A DNA stretch of 64,000 nucleotides from Acidobacteriota bacterium (GTDB taxonomy: Bacteria > Acidobacteriota > UBA890 > WLXD01): assembly GCA_965248695.1 (NCBI GenBank), contig CBDFKD010000002.1, positions 4,224,001 to 4,288,000 of the forward strand, given 5' to 3'. The translations under genes and the position numbers were made by a program. Below are positions 1 through 8,742 of the stretch, piece by piece; the stretch's first letter is position 1; each line of letters opens with the position of its first letter. Below the pieces are notes generated by a model. It did no database searches. It saw only the letters and a program-made list of their open reading frames with translations, and was not told where the DNA came from.

Positions 1-417
1 CACGAGCCGTCGAAAGCATCGACCGGTTCACCGGTGAACGCTGCGACGAGGTCTGCATCGCTCAGTAAGTCGCCGCTTCCACACTTGCGGACGATGCCGC
101 CCCCCCCCCACCCGGAAGAAGTCGCCGAGTTTGAACTCCACGTAGTCGAAGCCAGTAAGGAGCAGGTCGGCAGAGCCTACCGGCACGCCGAGATCGGTCC
201 AAAAAGTGAACCGGGCGACAGTGGGCGCCGGGAGGTTGTTGTTGATGACAACCTCCGTCGACTCGCTCCGTTCGCCCGTGGGGTCGTCGATGTCGACCTC
301 GAAGTAGGGCAACAGCAACGTAGCCGCCGGCACGTGGTCGAGAGCACAGATCTCGGCAATGGCGGGAACGGCCGCCACGACTGCCAGGACGGACAAGAAC
401 AGTGCAATTCGAAGCAT
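1..417 (-). CDS. Secreted hypothetical protein (CxLDxVPAATLLLPYFEVD type); frameshifted at a G10 tract and runs off the window start
   Basis: ATG at 417 gives signal peptide MLRIALFLSVLAVVAAVPAIA, then ICALDHVPAATLLLPYFEVD. Removing one base from the C10 run at 100-109 gives an open frame (GIVRKCGSGDLLSDADLVAAFTGEPVDAFDGS) to position 1. Confidence 0.65.
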
Positions 418-725
418 CGACACGCTCTCCGCAGGACGGTGACGCCCTCGAGCGGTCGGCGGAAGTTCACCGCCACTGTGGGCAAGATTCCAACCGAGCC
501 GCATACTGCCGGAGCCCGCAGCGAATGTCCAAGGTGGGTCCCGCGGTTCATGCCGCCGCTGCCGGGCATTTCTACAAGCGCATCTGTTGAACCTGAGCCG
601 ACAGGCCGCCATCGATCACCCAGAGCTGCCCGGTGGCGTAGCGGGCTTCATCTCCGGCTAGCCAGTTGACCAGGTTGGCAATATCGTCGGGCGTTCCGAA
701 GGGGAGAGACAGATCCGTTACCCGC

Positions 726-2562
726 CTAGTAAACGTCGGCGCTCAGCACATTGATCTTCTTGATCAACGCTCCACCGTTGACGTTCCAGACATGCACCTC
801 TGGCTGACCGTCGAACGTGCGCGCCATCAGGGCCAGGTCGATGCGTCCCTTGCGCGCGAACACGACCTCGGTCGTGCGGACCTGGGCGTAGCTGCCGTCG
901 AAGACCTGGATCCGATTACCTTGTGCCTTGCCGTCACGGCCGAACATCTGGAACCCGACGTTGCCGTCACCCAGGTGACGGGTAACGACCACGACCTCAT
1001 CGCCGGTGTCCGGGTTGCCGTCGAAGTCGCCGGCGTGCCAGCTGAGCACCTCGTACTCTTTGTCGGCGACCGTGCCGTCTCCGACACGCTTCGCCTTCTT
1101 GCGGCTCGCGTCCCAGATCTCGAATGCCGCGTCGCCGTTCGGCCGCGTGAGCCCGACGAACACGAGCTCGGTAATCGCGCCCTTCGGCCCAGGCCGTGAG
1201 CGGATCGTTCCCCAGCCATGCAGCGGATCGCCGGCGATGCTGCCGCTCTTGGACAGCTGGGCGCCATTGCCCGCGAGCACCTTGAAGAAGCCCTTGCTCT
1301 TCTTGCGGTAGCCCACCAGGAGCTCGGCGCCCGGCCGGTCGGGATCGTAGTCCCCGAGTCTCCACACCGCCCCATCGAAGCCAGTGCTCAGGATGCGCTT
1401 GTTGAAGAGCACTTCGCCGCTGCGCGGATCGACGATACGCAGCGTTGAACCCTTGCCGCTGGACCCGCTATAGGCAGCAGCCATCTCGTCGGTGCCGTCG
1501 TTGTCGGTATCCAACGGCAGCCATTGGTGAACGGCCGTCTTGGCTCCAATCACCGCGTGCTCGGCCAGTTTCTGCAGCTTCTTGCCGCTGGCCGACGTGC
1601 CCCAGACGGTGAGATGGCCGCTGCCGTTCTTGGCCACGGTGGTGATCGCGATCTCGTCGCCGCGCTTGCCGTCGTACTCCACACCGAACACCTGACTCCG
1701 CCGGGTCCCGGCGGCTCCGACCGTCTTGCGATCGCGGAGCGCACCCTTGTCGCTGCGCAGCTGCAGCTCCCTCACGCCGTTGTCCTGGCGGCCGAGCAAC
1801 AGTAGCTCGGCGTTGCGCCTGCCGTCCGTGTCCAGGGCGATCGTGCGCAGGGCAGTGAACTTCTTGCCGGAGAAGAAGTTCCACAGCCGCTTGCCGTTGC
1901 TGTTGTAGGCCTGGCTCCAGGCGCCCCGAGCCGCGCCGCCAGCCTCTATGCCGCCCAGGCCGAACACCTGGAGGTCGGCGCCGCGGAGAGCTCGCGTTCT
2001 TCCGGCCAGGTTGGCCGACGCTCGCGAGACTCCTCGCCGAGGCGCGGCTGCTGACGCCGGGGAGTCAGGGACCGACGCACCTACGGTTCCAACCCCGGCT
2101 GCCTCCCTGGGCAAAGGGAAGCCGGGCTTGCCGGAGAACGTCTCGCCGAGACCACCCTGGCCTGTGATAGCAGCCCATTGGGTTCCGTAGGACTGGTCAA
2201 AGATCAGGTTTCCTCCCTGGAAGAAAGCGAAAACAAGACCAATAACAGGGAAGCTGGTATCGGGCACCTCCGAAGCAGGCGCCTCGGAGTTGGCGCACGA
2301 GAACCCGGTGGGCGAAGACCGGCATTTGCCCGGCCATTGATTCACTTTATGGAGCTTGCCGTTGATGTCGACTCCGCCGCGCCGTACAAGGAAAACTAGA
2401 TTTCCTGGGTGCTCTCCGAGCCGGTAGGTGACGGTGCCACCCTGTTGGTTCAGTGTGTTCTTGATGATCTTGATCCAAGTGACGGTGGGTCGCACTACCC
2501 AGGGGTCGGGGGCGGCGCCGGTGACAGTGACAGTTATTTCGCGCTCGCACTCGCCGTCGCAG
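726..2562 (-). pseudogene. 5'-truncated surface protein: BACON/Ig-like module plus FG-GAP/VCBS-like Ca-binding repeats
   Basis: Open frame of about 610 codons with repeated DxDxDG-like loops (DTDGRRNAEL, EYDGKRGDEI, DTDNDGTDEM, DFDGNPDTGDEV). No signal peptide; the 5' end abuts the IS inverted repeat at 2563. Confidence 0.65.
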
Positions 2563-2596
2563 TGACCTGACCCCGCGGTTAGTACCATGTCTTATC

Positions 2597-3490
2597 TCAG
2601 TAACTCGGTGCTGACAAGAGGTTGTTGAGGCCGGCGAAGCGGAGCGCAGCCGGCTTCAACAACGTCGCTTCGGGTGCGGGCGGCCGATAGCTCAGCGAGC
2701 TGTGCGGTCGCATGCGGTTGTAGTGCTGACGCCATCTCTCGATCAGAACCTTTGCCTCCTTGAGCGTGTAGAAGATCTCTCCATCCAGCAGCTCGTCGCG
2801 TAGCTTGCCGTTGAAGCTCTCCACGTAACCGTTCTCCCACGGCGAGCCCGGCTCGATGAACAGCGTCCCCACGCCCAACCGGCCCAGCCAGTCGCGAACC
2901 GCCTCGGCGGTGAACTCTGGTCCGTTATCCGACCGGATGTGCTCAGGTATGCCCCGGTGTACGAACAACCTCCCGAGCTGCTCCAGCACGTCCTCAGAGT
3001 TGAGCTTCCGTGCTACATGGATCGCCAGGCTTTCTCGTGTGTACTCATCGACGATCGTCAGCAGCCTCATAGCCCGACCGTCGTGCGTCCGGTGGTGCAG
3101 GAAGTCATACGCCCAGACATGATCCCGGTGCTGTGGGCGCAGCCGGATGCAGGAGCCATCGCTCAGCCACAGCCGTGCTCGTTTGGGCTGTTTTCTCGGT
3201 ACTTTCAGCCCTTCGCGCCGCCAGATACGCTGCACTCGTTTGTGGTTCACGGACCAGCCCTCCATGCGCAGCAACGCTGTCACCCTCCGATATCCGTAGC
3301 GCCCGTACTGTCGGGCTAAATCCACGATCCGCTCCGTCAAAATCTGCTCCTGTTGCGGCTCTCTTGGCACGTACCGGTGTGTCGTGCGTGGTTGTTTCAG
3401 TACCCGACACGCCCGCCTCTCCGAGACGCCCAGCCGCCCCCGTACATGTGCCACCGCCTCTCGCCGCCGAGCTGGGCTCAGAAGTTTCCC
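2597..3490 (-). CDS. IS3 transposase OrfB (DDE integrase core), joined to OrfA by programmed -1 frameshift
   Basis: Motifs YGYRRV, WAYDF, IRSDNGPEF, PGSPWENGYVESFNGKLRDE, YNRMRPHSSL. Confidence 0.95.
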   Translation of the reverse strand, partial: GKLLSPARRREAVAHVRGRLGVSERRACRVLKQPRTTHRYVPREPQQEQILTERIVDLARQYGRYGYRRVTALLRMEGWSVNHKRVQRIWRREGLKVPRKQPKRARLWLSDGSCIRLRPQHRDHVWAYDFLHHRTHDGRAMRLLTIVDEYTRESLAIHVARKLNSEDVLEQLGRLFVHRGIPEHIRSDNGPEFTAEAVRDWLGRLGVGTLFIEPGSPWENGYVESFNGKLRDELLDGEIFYTLKEAKVLIERWRQHYNRMRPHSSLSYRPPAPEATLLKPAALRFAGLNNLLSAPSY

Positions 3491-3756
3491 TCCGCCACTT
3501 CCTTCAGGATCGACAGGTCGAGTTCCTTTTCCGCCACCAGCCTCTTGAGCCGGGCATTCTCCTTCTCCAGTTGCTTGAGCTTTCTGGCCTGGTTGAGCTT
3601 CAGTCCGCCGTACTCTCGCCGCCACCGGTAGTAGGTGTGCTCGGTGATTGCTAGCTTGCGGCAGGCATCCTTGACCGTCGCCCCTCGAGCCAGCTCCACC
3701 TCAGCCTCCCGGAGCTTGCGTACGATCTGCTCGGCGCTGTGCCTCTTACTCGGCAT
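3478..3756 (-). CDS. IS3 transposase OrfA (HTH)
   Basis: MPSKRHSAEQIVRKLREAE...TYYRWRREYGG...LKQLEKENARLKRLVAE is a typical IS3 OrfA. Confidence 0.95.
   Translation of the reverse strand: MPSKRHSAEQIVRKLREAEVELARGATVKDACRKLAITEHTYYRWRREYGGLKLNQARKLKQLEKENARLKRLVAEKELDLSILKEVAEGNF
3484..3490 (-). other. Programmed -1 ribosomal frameshift heptamer G GGA AAC
   Basis: X XXY YYZ motif just before the orfA stop (GAG GGA AAC TTC TGA), within the orfA/orfB overlap. Confidence 0.8.
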
Positions 3757-3823
3757 TCTGACCTCCCGTTCTTGACCCAGATCGTGAGATTACATCCGGA
3801 TCCGTTTTCGGGGGTCAGGTCAG

Positions 3824-4036
3824 AGGAGGATCGACGGCGCAGACCGCTATGTGGTTCGCGTCTGGGACAGCGACGGCCACCTGCTCTCGGAACGCACGCT
3901 CACGGAGCGAACCATCTCGCTCGAGATGTTTGTCGGTACTGAATCGGAGCGTGTCTACTGGGTGGTAGACGCTTGGGCCGGCCATGCGAGGGTCGGTCGG
4001 TCGGGCATGGGGGAAACGGAAGTGAACCATCGTTAG
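3824..4036 (+). pseudogene. 3' remnant of a gene cut by the IS (small beta-sandwich-like domain upstream of the CHAT gene)
   Basis: Frame is open from the IS border with no own start or RBS: RRIDGADRYVVRVWDSDGHLLSER...VYWVVDAW. Confidence 0.55.
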
Positions 4037-4100
4037 CCGCCATCGACCGTCCACCGCGGGCCATGCTTGCCTCGGGGCTGCTCTGGTCTGTGTTGCAGCG

Positions 4101-6806
4101 TTGTCGGATGGCGGGAGCGCGTCTGGCGAGCTTCCTGTGCTGTGGGACAGCGCCCTTCCGACGCTCCCGGGCGGCGCAGCTCTTGCGGAGGCCGCCGGGG
4201 CGCGATTGAAGGGGCAGTCACGGCGGGCGTTGGTCAAGTACGCCCACACGATGAACAAGCAACCCTGGAACCTGCAAGCGGGGCTCGGCTACGCGGCGAC
4301 GGCTCTGGAGGTCGGCGTTTGGGTGGAGGCTCATCAGGTTGCTCTTGCTATGAACAGGCGACGCTCAGGCGCCGCCATATGGGCAGCGTTGGCGGAGCTT
4401 TCGGTCGATCTCGTCGGGTCGAAGGGGACATGGAAGCGTCCGTCTACTACGGTTTCGCTAGGGCCCGCAGGCAATCATGCCGCGGTGTTGACGGTCGTGG
4501 CGGCCCTCCGTTGGGGCTCGACCGGTGTGCTCGGGGAGCTCGGAAACCTCGGCGGTGCACCGCGCGGATCTCTCGATCTTGGCTACCCAGAGCAGCATGC
4601 ACATGTCTATCGGCTAGTTCGACTGATATCGGCCGTAGCTTCGCGGCGTGGCGCCCGGTTGGCGTGGCAGGCCATGCGGGAGGCTCTGGCCTCTGGAGCG
4701 GTCGCAGAGGTGGCCGACTACCTGGCAGTGCTTGCGGCCACAGACTTCGCGCAGGGTTCGTCGCAGCGCGCATTGGTGTTCGGTCGTGAGGCGAGGCGGC
4801 GGTCCATAGTCGCGGGCGACAGGCGCGGCGTGTACGTGAGCCTCGCCCAAGCATCCGACGCCTCCGTCGATCGGACGGAATTCCCTCCGGTCTGTTCGGC
4901 GCTCGAGGGGACGTCGGCTCTATTGACCGTCGATTGCCGATTGCAGCTGCTGGCCTCGCGCTGGGGCGACGGCCAACTAGAGCCGGCACTCAATGCCTAC
5001 GAGCAACTCGTGGGGGACGCTCGGCAAGAGGGCTCCCCGATATTGGCAGCCCGGTTTGCGGAGGTAGCGGTACCGCTCCTCCGTTTCCTCGGGCGTTGGT
5101 CGGAGCTGGAGGAGGTGCTGGACCGGGGTACCCGAGCTGCGAAGCTGCTGGGGCGCCATGAGGTTGCGACTCGTCTGGAGCTCAGCAAGGTATCGGCGCT
5201 GCGCGCGTCCGGCAGGGGATCTGAGGCTGCGAAGCTTCTGGACGCAGTGGATGAGCGTGGGAGCCCGTCAGCGGAGCTCGAAACACGTATCTGGCTCGAA
5301 CGGGCCAGACTCGCTGCTACGTCCGTTCGGCGTACTGACGTAGTGGGGCACCTGCTGCAGGCGCGAGCCAGAGCAGCAACAGCTTCTGATTCGGCACGGG
5401 CGCTGGTCGCGCTTACGAGCCTGGAGATCGCCGGAGCTGATCAAGTTGAGTGGGATCTTGAGTCGCTGAACCTCGGCTCGAGTTCACCGCTGAGCGGCGC
5501 CCCGTCAGCTTTGGCGCAGTCGGCCATCGATGCTGTGGTGTCGGAGAACCTCGGGAATACGGAGCTGGCCCGCCACGCCTACGACCGGGCGGAGGCCGCG
5601 CTCGCGACATGGATCTCGCACGTGAACGACCTGCCCACTCGGCTGAGCGCGTTGGCGGCCTGGGAAGGCCTTGGCCGGCGCCGGGCGCGTCTCGAACTCG
5701 ACGCCGGAATGTGGGCCGCGGGACTGGAGGCCCTCGATCGGTCGCGGAGTAGCCTTCGCGACGAGCAACCGGTCCGACTAGCTCATCTCCAAACGCACTT
5801 GTCAGACGACGAGGCCTTGTTGGCATTCCGGTTCTTGGGCGACGAAGTGTGGGCGTGGCGAGTGGGGCCGACGGACGTGCGCGCCTCGCGCCTCTCCGCC
5901 CCGAGCGTAGAAGTTCATGATGCGGCGGAGCTTTGGATTGAGAGCGTGAGCACTGCTCGCCCGAATCAGGCTTGGCAACGACTGGGGTCGCGACTTGCTC
6001 AGTTGACGATGCACCAAATCGAGGCTGCCGGGTGGCTGGATGGATTGCAGACGTTGATTGTCCTGCCGGGCGGAGGATTGGAATCACTGCCGTTGGACTC
6101 GCTGCCAGTGCGCTCGCCGGGCGAGGGCTTCTACGGAGATCGGATCGTATTCGCCCGCTCGCGATCGATCTCCGACCTTGATCGCGCCATGCACCGGAAG
6201 CCGCGCGGAGGACTGGCCGTGGCGTTCATTCCGAGCGGCGGAGGGGCAATCATACCCGAGGTTGAGGGTGTTCTGTCGCGCGGCTCGAGTCGCGCCTTTG
6301 TCGGCGCCGACGCTACCGAATCAGCTTTTGTGGTCCACGCCCCAATGAGTCGTTTGATTCATTTCGGTGGCCACTCGGTGCCGCCCAACGGAGGAGCGGA
6401 TGCCGGCGGCCTGTCCTTGCGCGCCTCTGCCTCGCACAACGGTTTCTTGAGTTTCGCCGAGATTGCCGCATTGAATCTGGACGGCGCAACGGTGGTGCTT
6501 CTTGGCTGTGATACCGCGCGCACCACGGCTGTCGGTACGGCCGGACGCGGAGGGCTGCCGACGAGCCTTGCCGATGCCTTCATGGTTGCCGGGAGTCGCA
6601 ATGTCGTCGGTAGCCTCTGGCCTCTGAACGAGAGAACGGCCGGGGAGCTCGGGAAGTTGTTCTACTCAGCGGGAGGGCCGGAATCCGGCGCGGCCAGTTT
6701 GGCAACTGCCAAGCGGATGTTGCGCAAGCGGCACCCCGACGAGCCTTTCCGCTGGGCGGGTGCCGTTTGGCAAGGTGCACCTGGAGGAGCAGAGCAGGCT
6801 TACTGA
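4101..6806 (+). CDS. CHAT-domain (caspase-like, clan CD) protein with a long helical/TPR-like N-terminus; start uncertain
   Basis: C-terminal motifs LIVLPGGGLESLPLDSL, ATESAF, LIHFGGHS (His), VVLLGCDT (Cys), VVGSLWPL, PFRWAG. Confidence 0.85.
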   Translation: MSDGGSASGELPVLWDSALPTLPGGAALAEAAGARLKGQSRRALVKYAHTMNKQPWNLQAGLGYAATALEVGVWVEAHQVALAMNRRRSGAAIWAALAELSVDLVGSKGTWKRPSTTVSLGPAGNHAAVLTVVAALRWGSTGVLGELGNLGGAPRGSLDLGYPEQHAHVYRLVRLISAVASRRGARLAWQAMREALASGAVAEVADYLAVLAATDFAQGSSQRALVFGREARRRSIVAGDRRGVYVSLAQASDASVDRTEFPPVCSALEGTSALLTVDCRLQLLASRWGDGQLEPALNAYEQLVGDARQEGSPILAARFAEVAVPLLRFLGRWSELEEVLDRGTRAAKLLGRHEVATRLELSKVSALRASGRGSEAAKLLDAVDERGSPSAELETRIWLERARLAATSVRRTDVVGHLLQARARAATASDSARALVALTSLEIAGADQVEWDLESLNLGSSSPLSGAPSALAQSAIDAVVSENLGNTELARHAYDRAEAALATWISHVNDLPTRLSALAAWEGLGRRRARLELDAGMWAAGLEALDRSRSSLRDEQPVRLAHLQTHLSDDEALLAFRFLGDEVWAWRVGPTDVRASRLSAPSVEVHDAAELWIESVSTARPNQAWQRLGSRLAQLTMHQIEAAGWLDGLQTLIVLPGGGLESLPLDSLPVRSPGEGFYGDRIVFARSRSISDLDRAMHRKPRGGLAVAFIPSGGGAIIPEVEGVLSRGSSRAFVGADATESAFVVHAPMSRLIHFGGHSVPPNGGADAGGLSLRASASHNGFLSFAEIAALNLDGATVVLLGCDTARTTAVGTAGRGGLPTSLADAFMVAGSRNVVGSLWPLNERTAGELGKLFYSAGGPESGAASLATAKRMLRKRHPDEPFRWAGAVWQGAPGGAEQAY

Positions 6807-6955
6807 TAGGGTGGCCACACACTGGATCCTGGCCCGCAGGGCTCTTTCTTTACAACTCTTTACACCCCCCAACTTGTGCCCCCACCGCGCCACCAGGCAC
6901 GCTATTCTCGTCGGCGTAGACTCTCCTGGCGCGCGATCTTCCTTCTTCGAGGTGG

Positions 6956-8737
6956 GTGGTGAAGACTGTCATCAAGCTACTGAAGCGGTTGGTCACTCTG
7001 GCCATCGTGGTCGGGGCCGGCTACTTCGGCTGGATGTACTGGCAGGAGCGCCAGGCTGCCGAGGAGGAGGAGGGCCTGGGCGAGGTTCCCACTCAAGCGG
7101 CATCGGTGCGTGACATCACGGTGAGCGTGTCGGCCACCGGCACGTTGCGGCCGGTGCGCATCGTGCAGGTGAAGAGCAAGGCCGCCGGCGAGATCCTCAA
7201 CATGCCGGCCGAGCTCGGTGATCGAGTGGAATCCGGGGCGCTGATCGCTCAGATCGACACCGAGACGCTGGACCAGGAGCTGGCGCAGGCGCAGGCGGAC
7301 CTGGAGTCGGCGCAGGTGCGGCTGGATGTTTCAGAGCGCCAGTACAATCGCGCCCAGGCCCTGTCGGAGCAGGATTTGGTGTCGATGCAAGACCTCGACA
7401 CGTCGGAGCAGAACTACACCACCGCCAAGGGCAGCCTGTTGCGCGCCCAGGCGGAGATCAAGCTGCGTGAGGAGCGCCTCGACGACGCCACGGTGCGCGC
7501 CCCCAGCGCCGGCACGATCATCTCCAAGACGGTCGAGGAGGGGGTGATTATCCAGTCGTCGGTCAACAGCGTGCAGGGCGGTACGACGCTGGTGGAAATG
7601 GCCGATCTTACGGTGCTCGAGGTGCGCACGCTGGTCGACGAGATCGACATCGGTCGGGTGAAGCCGGGGCTTCCGGTGGAGATGACGGTGGAAGCGTATC
7701 CGGAGCGCGCATTCATCGGCGAGGTGATCAAGATCGAGCCGCTGGCGGTGGTGCAGAACCAGGTGACGACGTTCCCGGTTCTGTCGCGGGTTGCCAACCG
7801 CGACGGCCTCCTGTTGCCCGGCATGAACGCTGATGTAGAGGTCGTGATCCACCGACGCAACCAGGTGATCGCGGTGCCCAACGAGTCGGTGAAGACGATG
7901 CGCGACGCCGGCACGGTGGCCGGCTTGCTGAGCATTCCGTTCGATGCCGATCAGCTGCGCTCCGGCAACACGATGCTGGCCTCGCGCGAAGGCGGCGCAC
8001 CGGCTCGTGGCGGATTGGCGAACGCCGCATTCGCCGATGAGGCAAGGCCGGGTGAGGGCGGTCGCCGGAGAGCACGGAGCGGCGACGCCGCTCGGAGAGG
8101 CGCACCAGCCGCCGGAGCGGACGGGGCGATGGCGTCGAACGATGCGCCAGCGGCTGACGTCGGTGGCTCCGATGGCTCCGACGAGGCGGAAGCCGAGGAA
8201 GAGGACTTCGACTTCGACAAGATGCGCTCGATGAGCCAGGACGAGCGTCAAAAGTACATGGAGGGTCTCTCCGACAAGCAGCGCTCCCAGATGCGCGAGC
8301 AGATGCAGGCGCGCTTCGGCAACCGCGGCGGCGGCGGTGCCCCCGGCGCGACTGGTGGTGCCGGTGGAGGGGCTGGTGGCGGCTTCCGTCCCGGTGGTGG
8401 TGGTAGCGATGCAGGCCGTGGTGGCTTTCGTCCCGGCGGTGGTGATGCTGGCGGCGGCGCACGCGGCGGCCGGGCCGGCAATGCCGTGTCGATGGATGCC
8501 TTCGGCATCGGGCGTGCTCCCGAGCCGGCGGTGGTGTTCGTAATGGCCGACAGCCAGATAACCGCGCGCCAGGTGATGATGGGGGTGCAGGACTGGGAGT
8601 TCACCGAGATCGTCTCCGGGTTGCAGCCTGGCGACGAGGTGGTGCTGTTGCCCTCCACCTCCCTGCTGATGTCGCAACAGGCGCTGCGCGATCGCTTCTC
8701 GCGCTTCAGCTCGATCCCCGGAACGAGTCGCCGCTAG
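6956..8737 (+). CDS. MacA-like periplasmic adaptor (membrane fusion protein) with long low-complexity insertion
   Basis: N-terminal TM segment; ATGTLRPVRIVQVKSKAAGEI, helical hairpin, VRAPSAGTI, VDEIDIGRVKPG, LLPGMNADV, EIVSGLQPGDEVV. Confidence 0.9.
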   Translation: MVKTVIKLLKRLVTLAIVVGAGYFGWMYWQERQAAEEEEGLGEVPTQAASVRDITVSVSATGTLRPVRIVQVKSKAAGEILNMPAELGDRVESGALIAQIDTETLDQELAQAQADLESAQVRLDVSERQYNRAQALSEQDLVSMQDLDTSEQNYTTAKGSLLRAQAEIKLREERLDDATVRAPSAGTIISKTVEEGVIIQSSVNSVQGGTTLVEMADLTVLEVRTLVDEIDIGRVKPGLPVEMTVEAYPERAFIGEVIKIEPLAVVQNQVTTFPVLSRVANRDGLLLPGMNADVEVVIHRRNQVIAVPNESVKTMRDAGTVAGLLSIPFDADQLRSGNTMLASREGGAPARGGLANAAFADEARPGEGGRRRARSGDAARRGAPAAGADGAMASNDAPAADVGGSDGSDEAEAEEEDFDFDKMRSMSQDERQKYMEGLSDKQRSQMREQMQARFGNRGGGGAPGATGGAGGGAGGGFRPGGGGSDAGRGGFRPGGGDAGGGARGGRAGNAVSMDAFGIGRAPEPAVVFVMADSQITARQVMMGVQDWEFTEIVSGLQPGDEVVLLPSTSLLMSQQALRDRFSRFSSIPGTSRR

Positions 8738-8742
8738 CCGCC

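Larger units (their letters stand above)
2563..3822 (-). mobile_element. IS3-family insertion sequence, 1260 bp, apparently complete
   Basis: Terminal inverted repeats TGACCTGACCCC at 2563-2574 (+) and 3811-3822 (-), TG...CA ends, overlapping orfA/orfB. Confidence 0.95.

Noticed and set aside
4101-6806. CRISPR-associated (type III-E) or other defence-island role for the CHAT protein
   Set aside because: No cas genes, array or other defence genes in the window.
6868-6887. CCCAACTTGT...CCCCACCG similarity to 44290-44313
   Set aside because: Short match with different spacing and only two copies; cannot be distinguished from chance.
8330-8480. GGT/GGC-rich repeats as a repeat array
   Set aside because: They encode the Gly-rich linker of the adaptor protein and have no spacer structure.
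7331-8677. 448-aa minus-strand ORF (likewise 28227-29804, 30465-31553, 13749-14927, 58343-59422)
   Set aside because: Antisense to well-supported genes, with no recognisable domains.
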